Assembly (NCBI GenBank): GCA_047621105.1
Contig: JBLHLO010000001.1
Span: 1 to 46,385, forward strand
Length of the DNA stretch: 46,385 nucleotides
Direction of reading: 5' to 3'
DNA from: Alphaproteobacteria bacterium
Lineage (GTDB): Bacteria; Pseudomonadota; Alphaproteobacteria; SMXQ01
The translations under genes were made by a program, and so were the position numbers. Shown one piece after another: positions 26,951-34,603 of this stretch (the first letter of the stretch is position 1; the number at the start of each line of letters is the position of its first letter). Below the pieces are notes generated by a model. It searched no databases and was not told the origin of the DNA. It was given only the letters and a program-made list of their open reading frames with translations.

Positions 26951-27676
26951 ATGCCCATCTACGGTCACCGTGCCCGTATCGGCTATACCTCACCGCCTTC
27001 GGCGACCGAGGTCTTCCCCTACGAATTCTATAAAATCGCTCCCGATGGCGTGACCCTGGTGGTTCATACCCTGCCGTTGGTTGAGCGCAACAGCGAAGAG
27101 GTGGATCGGTCCTACGAAGCCTCTTTGCGTGCAGCCAAGGTGATGGCGCGGGCGGGGGTCGATATCTTATGCTTTGGCGGGCTGCCGATTAACGTCAGCC
27201 GCGGCTTTGCCAATGTTGATGAACTCATCGCGGAAACTGAACGGGAAGTGGGGATCCCCATTACCACGTCGTTCTCGGCCCAGCGGGAAGCCTTCAAGGT
27301 GCTGGGCGGCAAGAAAGCCGGCGTCGTCCATCCTTACGACGAATCTCATGACCAGCGGCACCTCGATTACATCCGTGAATTTGGGCTAGAGCCCGCGGGC
27401 TGCACGCGCCATTACGCTAAATTCGTTGAGCTGGGTCAGGTGCCTGAGGAGCGTGCGATTGAGCTGGGCCGCGAATTGAAGGAGAAATATCCTGATATCG
27501 ACACGATTTATTATTCCTGTCCCCATTACGCGATGATCGGTGCTATCGACACGTTGGAGAAGGAATTGGGGGTCACGGTCATTCAGCCCTTGCAATCGAT
27601 TATCTGGGAGACCCTCAGGCGTTGCGGGGTTAATGATCGAATCGAAGGCTATGGACGGTTGCTGCGGGATTTTTGA
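26951..27676 (+). CDS. AMDase/maleate-isomerase-like protein, paralogue 4, with Cys retained (Cys190, TGT 27518-27520)
   Basis: 241 aa, SD AAAGGAGAA upstream. Motifs are RARIGYTSPP, PDGVTL, CFGGLPIN, YSCPHYAM and GYGRLLRDF. Confidence 0.8.
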   Translation: MPIYGHRARIGYTSPPSATEVFPYEFYKIAPDGVTLVVHTLPLVERNSEEVDRSYEASLRAAKVMARAGVDILCFGGLPINVSRGFANVDELIAETEREVGIPITTSFSAQREAFKVLGGKKAGVVHPYDESHDQRHLDYIREFGLEPAGCTRHYAKFVELGQVPEERAIELGRELKEKYPDIDTIYYSCPHYAMIGAIDTLEKELGVTVIQPLQSIIWETLRRCGVNDRIEGYGRLLRDF

Positions 27677-27683
27677 AAAATCA

Positions 27684-27713
27684 GGGCCGGGGGCGGATCA
27701 CACCCCCCGGCCC
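27684..27713. terminator. Strong GC stem-loop at the end of the paralogue operon (possibly a bidirectional terminator)
   Basis: GGGCCGGGGG-cggatcacac-CCCCCGGCCC forms a 10-bp GC stem. An A-run (GAAAAA) lies on the left, which gives a U-tract for a minus-strand transcript. No clear T-run lies on the right. Confidence 0.55.
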
Positions 27714-28096
27714 TAATATACGCGTGCTATCTGCAGTTTACGAAGGAATGGATCAGCCAGGGTTCTTTTTGGAGAATAACTACATAATGATCGCGATGGC
27801 GATCAAGCCAACAAGGCCGCTATCGCCTAGTGCCTTGATAAGCGGAAGAAGATTAGCCGCCACATTGCCGATGAACACGAGCTTAGGCCCAATCAGGACC
27901 TGGAGTATGATACCAAGAGCAATCAGAAATAGGCCGACCTCAACAACTTGAACAAGCCCACCCTTTTATTTTGTCAAAGCAGGGCATTCCTTACCTCTCC
28001 TTCGTGTATCTTCCACCAGAGTCGCCATTCACTTCTATGAGCGGCCCGCCTAGAGGCCACCAAGTAAATGCAAGTCGTCAGAAGGAGTAACGCTAA

Positions 28097-29194
28097 ATGA
28101 CGGTTATCATCACTGACGAAGACGTTGCGCGACATCTTTCCATGACTGATTGCATTGCGGCGATGGCGACTGCTTTTCATGATTTTTCTTCCGGCGACGC
28201 GGTGAATTTGCCGCGCGCGCGTTATCAGGCGCGTCATCCCGATCCCGATCAGCGCTACTTCGCCAATGTCCATGTCGGTGCAGTGCCGTCGGCCGGGCTC
28301 GCCTGTGTGCGCGCCGGTTCGCAAATCATCACCCCACCGTCGCCGACAAATAACCGCCGCCTTTACGAAAATCCGCGCCCGTTCTGTTGGGGCATTGTCA
28401 TCCTGTTCGATATTGAGACGGCGGAGCCTTTGGCCTTGATGCATGAATTCCATCTTTCGGGTATGCGGGTGGGGGCGACCTCGGGGCTCGCGGTGGATAG
28501 GATCGCGCCGGAAGGGGTTAAATCCCTCGGTTTATTCGGCACTGGGAAGCAAGCATCTTCGGCATTTGATGCGATCACAGCGGTGCGCAATTTCGAGCGC
28601 GTGGTGGTCTTCAGCCCTTCCGCTGACCACCGGGCGGAATTTGTCGCCCGTAAAATTAAAGAGACGGGCGGTAAGCTTGAGATCGTCAATGCCACCTCCC
28701 CGGCACAGGCCGTGACCGGCATGGATGTGATCTGCTGTTGCACCACCGCTATGGAGCCGGTGTTTGATGGTGAATTATTGCAAGATGGGCAATTGGTGAT
28801 TTCCATCGCCAATTCTGATTCCACGAATAAGAAACGTACGGAAGTGGATGAGGCGACTTACCGCAAGGCACGGACGGTTATCGTCAACGATTGGGAAAGC
28901 GTCATTGACAATGACCAGACCGAACTTTTGGAGCCACTTGATGCGGGCCTCATCACCCGCGATCAGGTGGTAGAATTAGGCGATATTGTCGCCGGCAAGA
29001 TCGAGGTCCGTTCGGGCGGTGAGGGGATTGTTTATTACAAGAACAATTCAGGACTGGCGATCCAGTTCGCTGCTGCGGGACGCATTGTTTACGATCGCGT
29101 TATGGCAGAGGGCACCAATCGTCAAATCCCGACTGAATGGCTGGGGACTGATCTTAGCGCTTTATATGCTGCCGGCTTCCGGCCTTCGCCATAA
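28097..29194 (+). CDS. Ornithine cyclodeaminase / mu-crystallin family protein
   Basis: 365 aa, SD AAGGAG upstream. The N-terminus MTVIITDEDV..HLSM.DCI.AM..AF and the Rossmann motif LGLFGTGKQA are typical of the OCD/ketimine-reductase family. Confidence 0.85.
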   Translation: MTVIITDEDVARHLSMTDCIAAMATAFHDFSSGDAVNLPRARYQARHPDPDQRYFANVHVGAVPSAGLACVRAGSQIITPPSPTNNRRLYENPRPFCWGIVILFDIETAEPLALMHEFHLSGMRVGATSGLAVDRIAPEGVKSLGLFGTGKQASSAFDAITAVRNFERVVVFSPSADHRAEFVARKIKETGGKLEIVNATSPAQAVTGMDVICCCTTAMEPVFDGELLQDGQLVISIANSDSTNKKRTEVDEATYRKARTVIVNDWESVIDNDQTELLEPLDAGLITRDQVVELGDIVAGKIEVRSGGEGIVYYKNNSGLAIQFAAAGRIVYDRVMAEGTNRQIPTEWLGTDLSALYAAGFRPSP

Positions 29195-29220
29195 CCGCGC
29201 CAATGAAGAGGAAATACTGA

Positions 29221-30495
29221 ATGAGCGGATTCGCCACAATCCGCCAAGTTTTTAGGAACCGTAATTACCGGCTCTATGTCACCGGTAACCTGTTTTCGAC
29301 GTCCGGAAATTGGGTGCAGCGGGTGGCCATGGGCTGGTTGACCTGGGAATTGACCAATTCCGCCGCGTGGCTCGGCATGATCGCTTTTGCTGATCTATTT
29401 CCGACCTTCCTCATTGGTCTGTTTGCCGGCACGCTTGTGGATCGCACCGATTCCATGAAGATGCTGCGCACGACTCAGCTTTTGTCCCTGGTTCAGGCCA
29501 TAGGTTTGATCGTGCTTGTTTTTACCGATCATGTGACGGTCTGGTGGCTTTTGGTTTTTGCACTCATACGCGGGATTATCGTTGCCTTTAACCGTCCAGC
29601 CCGTATGACCGCTGTTTATTACATCGTCGGTCGCGAGAATTTGTCATCGGCAATCGCCATCAATTCCATGGTGTTCAACTCATCGCGCTTCATCGGCCCG
29701 ATGCTGGGCGGGGCGTTGACGGCGGCTTGGGGGGTTGGTTGGGCATTTACCTTTAACGCGTTCAGTTATCTTGTGTTCCTCACCATGTTGATGCTCATCC
29801 GCATTCCATCCACCCAGATTGAAAGCAAAAATCGCGGCAGCATTCTTGCCGATTCATGGAAGGGGGTGCGTTATGCGGTGGGTCAATCGGGTATATTGTT
29901 CCTGCTGATTATTATGCTGCTCGACAGCCTTTTCGTGCGGCCTTTCATTGATCTGTTGCCGGGCTTTGCCGATAAGGTGTTCGGTCGCGGGGTGGACGCC
30001 TATTCGACCATGCTGACCGTCCATGGGATTGGCGCCATGATCGGTGGTTATTTCATGGCCAGCCGGGGTGGGATCACCGGGTTCATTCGGATGATGGTCT
30101 GGAGCTTACTTCTGCTAGCAGTATCATTGATTATCTTCACCACGGTTCAAGTCTACTGGGTGGCACTGCCGATCCTGTTCATCACCGGCACTGCCTTCGT
30201 TATTCAGGGAATTGCCATCCAGACGTTGTTGCAAACTTCGGTGGTCCCGGAAATGCGTGGCCGGGTCATGGGCCTCTATGGGGTTGTCGCCCGGGGCGGT
30301 CCGGCGATGGGGGCCCTCATCATGGGTTGGTTGTCGGAATTTTTGGGATTGCCCGCCCCGGTAGCGGGGGGGGCCGTTTTATGTCTGATTCTGTGGGCTT
30401 GGGCGCGCACACGTGAGCAGCCAATGGCGGCAATGTTGGAGCGCGATATGGAGGAATCCCCATCCGGCGCTCGCCGTCGTGACCGCCAGGAATGA
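29221..30495 (+). CDS. MFS transporter (EntS/DUF894-like subgroup)
   Basis: 424 aa with about 12 hydrophobic segments. The N-terminus FRNRNYRLYVTGNLFSTSGNWVQRVAMGWL is typical of this MFS subgroup. Confidence 0.85.
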   Translation: MSGFATIRQVFRNRNYRLYVTGNLFSTSGNWVQRVAMGWLTWELTNSAAWLGMIAFADLFPTFLIGLFAGTLVDRTDSMKMLRTTQLLSLVQAIGLIVLVFTDHVTVWWLLVFALIRGIIVAFNRPARMTAVYYIVGRENLSSAIAINSMVFNSSRFIGPMLGGALTAAWGVGWAFTFNAFSYLVFLTMLMLIRIPSTQIESKNRGSILADSWKGVRYAVGQSGILFLLIIMLLDSLFVRPFIDLLPGFADKVFGRGVDAYSTMLTVHGIGAMIGGYFMASRGGITGFIRMMVWSLLLLAVSLIIFTTVQVYWVALPILFITGTAFVIQGIAIQTLLQTSVVPEMRGRVMGLYGVVARGGPAMGALIMGWLSEFLGLPAPVAGGAVLCLILWAWARTREQPMAAMLERDMEESPSGARRRDRQE

Positions 30496-30546
30496 GGGGC
30501 CCGTACCCTTGTCATTTGCCCTTATATTGACAGCTGCCCTCGCACC

Positions 30547-31812
30547 ATGGTGAGTGAATCCCTGATGATATGTTCCCATCGCCCCAGTTTTTCCCTGCTT
30601 GGCTTCGCCTTGTGTTTGGCCCTTGTCTTAACCGCCGGCGTTGTTCTGCCGGGTGCTGCCAGCGCTCAGGGTTGGCACCCGACTCGGCTGACGATTTTGC
30701 TTGGCCACACGATGAATGGGCTCGATGGCCGTATCGCCCAAGTGCCTGCCCGTGTTTGGAGTCGTCATCTTGGGGCACCGGTGGTGATCGCCGCACGCGG
30801 ACGCTGCAGCACCTTGAAGACGGCGGGCGAGTTTATACAGCGCCCGCGCGACGGCAGCGTTGTCCTCGCGGGCGATCTCGGTTATCTGGCCCTGGCCTAC
30901 GCTCGTGAACGTCCCACTTGGACTTAGGCGCGCAGTTTTGAACATCTCGGTATATTCGCACGTGATCCGGCGCTGGTGCTCGTTGCTGCCGATACGACCA
31001 ATATCGATGATTTAGACGACGTCGTCAGGGCTGCACGTGAAGGGCCTTTCAGTGTTGGTATTGGTCGCTGGCTCTCATTCGAAAACCTCTTGGTGCACGA
31101 TGTAGCGGCGCAGGCCGGGCTGCAACTTAAACCGGTTCCCATCGGTTCGGGCGAAAGTCTGCTGGCCGCAGTCATTAGCGGTAAGTTGCCGCTAATTTTT
31201 GGACGACGGTCAGATATCGCTGTCAAACGCCGTGTCGTCAATGTGCTTGCTCAAACCCAAGCTATTGGCCTGGTAGTGAAGGGTACTAAGACCATAGATT
31301 CTGCCCTCGCGACCGTAACGGCACCGGCTGGGCGAATTGACGTGATCACCGTTCATGCTGGGTTTCAGCGTGCCTATCCGGCCCGCTTTGAACGCCTTAA
31401 TCGTAGTTTTCAGGCAGCGATTAATGACGAAGAATATCAAGAGGCGCTCATCAAGCTTGGTTTTACGACCAAAGGTACCCACAACATACCTCACCCACGA
31501 TTGATGACATCGGTGCGTCTTTGGTGGGATGCCTATCGACGTGTTGGTGCCAAGCTTGCTTTATCGCCCGCTCCCGTCATTACACGCGGCAAGATAAGCT
31601 TTGTTGGGAAAGGGGGGCGTGTGATTCGCTATCTCGGTCTTGATGGCAAGCAAAATGACCTGCACGCCAACGCTGATGAAACTGACCTTGTCATCAGCGG
31701 GGTTTCGGTTGCGGGTGCAGAACCCTTGAAGGCGATCCGTGTCGGTTTGATTTGCGAGATTGCTAGGCCTTCGGCCCTGGCGCTCGAAGCATCGCGCCTG
31801 ACATGCAAATAG
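30547..31812 (+). pseudogene. Divergent Bug/TctC-type periplasmic binding protein gene interrupted by an in-frame TAG (30925-30927)
   Basis: Track ORFs 30547..30927 and 30976..31812 are in the same frame and separated only by one TAG. The first carries a signal peptide (LLGFALCLALVLTAGVVLPGAASA). The junction ERPTWT*ARSFEHLGIFARDPALVLVAADTTNIDDLDDVV aligns by eye with KKPTFPLDAYRYFFRVDEDPSMIFVGKRSKLKTIDDIV of the tctC product in this window. The stop therefore falls inside one continuous domain. Confidence 0.65.
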
Positions 31813-31864
31813 CCGGGCTCGGCGAGGGCAACTAATATTTTGATAATCAGAATTTGTTGTGCTC

Positions 31865-31894
31865 TTGAAAACTATGCGCGCTTGCCGCTATAAT
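31865..31894 (+). promoter_or_regulatory. Sigma70-like promoter candidate for the HutC-type regulator gene
   Basis: TTGAAA (31865-31870), an 18-nt spacer and TATAAT (31889-31894) lie in an AT-rich spacer about 85 nt upstream of the ATG at 31979. Confidence 0.5.
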
Positions 31895-31978
31895 GGCTCT
31901 AAATTAATCAGGTGAAATCGTATCGAACGGGCGGAATTAGGGAGCTGCCCCCCAATACGGTCGGATGTTTCGGCGTAA

Positions 31979-32713
31979 ATGTCAGAATTGCACCCTGGGC
32001 TGGGATTCCACCCCCTTTATCTTCAGGTTAAGGAACGGTTGATCCATCGCGTTCTTTTGGGGGATTGGAAGCCTGGTGAGGTCTTGCCGAGTGAGATGAA
32101 GCTCGCCACCGAATATAAGGTGAGCCAGGGCACGGTCCGCAAAGCGCTTGAGGAAATGACGGCCGAACATCTAGTGGTGCGCCATCAGGGTAAGGGGACG
32201 TTCGTTTCTGGGCGGGCAACCGAAAGCCCTGTTCATTTCTTTTCTATCGTGAACCGGGGCAATCTTCCCGTCGTGGCTGGGCTCATAGGCTCGTTGGAAT
32301 GGGGCGACGGCCCGGGCAATGAACATGAGCGTAAAAACCTCGACCTTGAAGAAGGGGCGGAGGTTTATCGCATCACTCGGATACGGCAGGTAGAAGGCAA
32401 GCCAGCCTTTATTGAAAAAATATCATTATCCAAGGCACGGTTTCCGAAACTGCCGGACCTGTTGTGCGGTGACCAGCGCATGACCACATACCTGATTCTG
32501 GAAAGGGATTATGGGGTGTCGGTGGTGCGTGCGGAAGAATGGCTTGAAGCGGTTCAGGCGGATGCCGATGACGTGGCCAGGCTTAAAGTTATGCTGGGTA
32601 TGCCGTTATTATGTATTACCCGGATTTCATATGCCGTTGATGGGCATCCCGTAGAGACCCGGCGGATTCGTTTCGCCACAGGTTCCCTGCGCTATCATAC
32701 TACCCACAATTAA
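31979..32713 (+). CDS. GntR-family transcriptional regulator, HutC subfamily (UTRA effector domain)
   Basis: The N-terminal winged-helix motif is LPSEMKLATEYKVSQGTVRKALEEMTAEHLVVRHQGKGTFV. The C-terminal alpha/beta region of about 150 aa is typical of UTRA. Confidence 0.88.
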   Translation: MSELHPGLGFHPLYLQVKERLIHRVLLGDWKPGEVLPSEMKLATEYKVSQGTVRKALEEMTAEHLVVRHQGKGTFVSGRATESPVHFFSIVNRGNLPVVAGLIGSLEWGDGPGNEHERKNLDLEEGAEVYRITRIRQVEGKPAFIEKISLSKARFPKLPDLLCGDQRMTTYLILERDYGVSVVRAEEWLEAVQADADDVARLKVMLGMPLLCITRISYAVDGHPVETRRIRFATGSLRYHTTHN

Positions 32714-32733
32714 GCTCCGGCCAGCAGACGCAT

Positions 32734-32766
32734 AAAAAGGCCCACACTTTGGTGTGGGCCTTTTTA
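32734..32766. terminator. Bidirectional rho-independent terminator between convergent genes
   Basis: The sequence is AAAAA-GGCCCACAC-tttg-GTGTGGGCC-TTTTT. It has a perfect 9-bp stem flanked by A- and T-runs. Confidence 0.85.
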
Positions 32767-32799
32767 TGTATGCATTTACTGATTGCGGGATTGAACCAA

Positions 32800-34116
32800 C
32801 TACAGGTCGAGCACCAGTCTTTCCTCAGGCAGTCCCCGCGATACGCAGGTGAGGATACGGTCCCCTGCTGCTTTTTCTTTATCGTTGAATACTTGATCGC
32901 GATGTTCGATGGGACCCGAAATGACCCGGCAGAGGCAGGTCGAACAAAGCCCTTCTTCGCAGGAGGAATCGATCACGACACCGGCTTCGCGCACTGCTTC
33001 TAGTAATGTCTTGTCGGCGGGCACGGTGATTTCCTGTTTGCGGCGCGAAAGGTATACCGTGAATGGTTCGTTTTTCCAATCCTGGGGCACCGCTACTGAG
33101 GAGAACAGCTCATAATGGACGGTGCCGTCCGGCCAATGCTCGGCGGCGGTTTCGGCGGCGAGGATCAGCCCAGATGGACCGCAAATATAAAGATGCGCCC
33201 CTTCGGGCCGGTCCTTGAGCCGGGCGCCGAGATCAATGCCTTTGGCAGGATCACCGCCGTCATGGTGGAAGGTTACATTGTCACCGAACACATCTTCCAC
33301 TTCGGTAAGAAATGCCGTTTCGTCGCGTGCCTTGGTACAGTAATCGAGGTGAAATTTAGCACCCCGCGCTTTTAAGGCGCGGCCCATGGCGAGAATCGGC
33401 GTGATGCCGATACCGCCGGCGATCAGAACGTGTTCGCTGGCTTCGTCACTGAGCCGGAAATTATTGAGCGGCGGCACCAACGTCAGAGTATTGCCAGCCT
33501 TTAGGTTGTCGGTGAGCCAGACTGACCCGCCCCGGCCCTGATCTTCGCGCAACACGCCAATCAGGTAGTGGGAACGGTCGGTCGGATCGTTGGCGAGCGA
33601 ATATGACCGCCTGAGCCCATTGCCGGTCATCACATCGACATGGGCGCCGGCGGACCAACGCGGTAGGGGGGTATCGCCTTCGGGTTTTAAAACGTAACTC
33701 TTGATATTGCTGGTCTCGTCCTTGACGGATGTGACCGTGAGCTTCAACGTTTCCTTTACCTTGGGCTTAGGCAGTTTTTGGTCAACTTCTAGGTTGAGCC
33801 GTTCAACCACCTCGCCATTTTTAAAGTGGCGTTCGATGATTTCATCGACGTCTTCTTCGGTTTCATAGGTGTACCAAACCGCTTCAGGATAAACGACGAT
33901 TGCGGCACCGAGCTCACAGCGCTCCATGCAACCGGCTTCCGTCACTTTGAAGTTACTGATGCCGAGCTCTTCCACGCGGCGTGCCATGTATTGCGTCAAA
34001 TGCCCGCTGTTCCGGTCCGCACAGCAACTGCGGGGATGACCTTCGGGGCGCTGGTTATTGCAGCACAGAACGTGATGTTCGAAGTAAAGCTCTGGATCTT
34101 GGGGCAAGCTTGCCAT
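32800..34116 (-). CDS. Three-module redox fusion: thioredoxin-like [2Fe-2S] ferredoxin domain, then a PDR/VanB-type flavin reductase (FMN/FAD barrel plus NAD domain), then a plant-type [2Fe-2S] ferredoxin domain
   Basis: The N-terminal ~110 aa are paralogous to the upstream 118-aa ferredoxin (Cys pattern LCC...SCC...GCMERC; VYPEAVWYTYETEEDVDEIIERH). The middle has RRSYSLAN (the R.YS flavin motif) and LIAGGIGITP (NAD domain). The C-terminus has C.EG.CSTC...(x)...TC, a plant-type cluster. Confidence 0.8.
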   Translation of the reverse strand: MASLPQDPELYFEHHVLCCNNQRPEGHPRSCCADRNSGHLTQYMARRVEELGISNFKVTEAGCMERCELGAAIVVYPEAVWYTYETEEDVDEIIERHFKNGEVVERLNLEVDQKLPKPKVKETLKLTVTSVKDETSNIKSYVLKPEGDTPLPRWSAGAHVDVMTGNGLRRSYSLANDPTDRSHYLIGVLREDQGRGGSVWLTDNLKAGNTLTLVPPLNNFRLSDEASEHVLIAGGIGITPILAMGRALKARGAKFHLDYCTKARDETAFLTEVEDVFGDNVTFHHDGGDPAKGIDLGARLKDRPEGAHLYICGPSGLILAAETAAEHWPDGTVHYELFSSVAVPQDWKNEPFTVYLSRRKQEITVPADKTLLEAVREAGVVIDSSCEEGLCSTCLCRVISGPIEHRDQVFNDKEKAAGDRILTCVSRGLPEERLVLDL

Positions 34117-34142
34117 TTGTTTGTTGTTCCTTAAGTTCTAGC

Positions 34143-34499
34143 TTAGACCTTGGCGGCAGTCTTGGGGGCATCAACCATCAGCCGTTCAACACGCTCTCCC
34201 TTAAGTAGGTGCGTGTCGATGATTTCGTCAATGTCCTCCTTGGAGGTGAAGCTATACCAAACGCCTTCTGGATAGAGCAGCATGACCGGGCCTGCATCGC
34301 ACCGTTCCATGCAGGTTGAGCGATTGACGCGGATATTGGTGACACCCTTGCCTTTGGCGGCACCCTTCATGTAGCCCAACAGCTCGGCCGCCCCCGATGC
34401 GCCGCAGCATTTACCGCTGGCCGTACAGCCTGTTTCGGCGGTGCAGATGAAAATATGGGGGTCGTAGAGAAACTTGCGGCCGCTATCGCCATCACTCAT
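34143..34499 (-). CDS. Thioredoxin-like [2Fe-2S] ferredoxin
   Basis: 118 aa with Cys residues in ICTAETGCTASGKCC and STCMERC. The motif LYPEGVWYSFTSKEDIDEIIDTHL is typical of the family. Confidence 0.8.
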   Translation of the reverse strand: MSDGDSGRKFLYDPHIFICTAETGCTASGKCCGASGAAELLGYMKGAAKGKGVTNIRVNRSTCMERCDAGPVMLLYPEGVWYSFTSKEDIDEIIDTHLLKGERVERLMVDAPKTAAKV

Positions 34500-34603
34500 G
34501 TGCTGGTCTCCCGTGGAGGTCCTAAGGGGCGCAGATACACGCCGCCAGTGACCCGCTTGATAGCCGAAATTTGACCCCTCTGTCCATAGGCCGGGCGTGG
34601 GCG

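Noticed and set aside
27673-27951. A 92-aa plus-strand ORF immediately after paralogue 4.
   Set aside because: It starts inside the terminator hairpin, has no SD and has an odd composition. The minus strand over the same DNA carries the more gene-like SD / hydrophobic frame / terminator arrangement, which I report as a low-confidence finding.
30925-30927. The in-frame TAG, and the TAA at 21776-21778, read as programmed recoding (pyrrolysine, selenocysteine or readthrough).
   Set aside because: Selenocysteine uses TGA. No Pyl machinery or recoding signal is evident, and the CMD gene also carries a frameshift. Simple gene decay or a sequencing error is the parsimonious reading.
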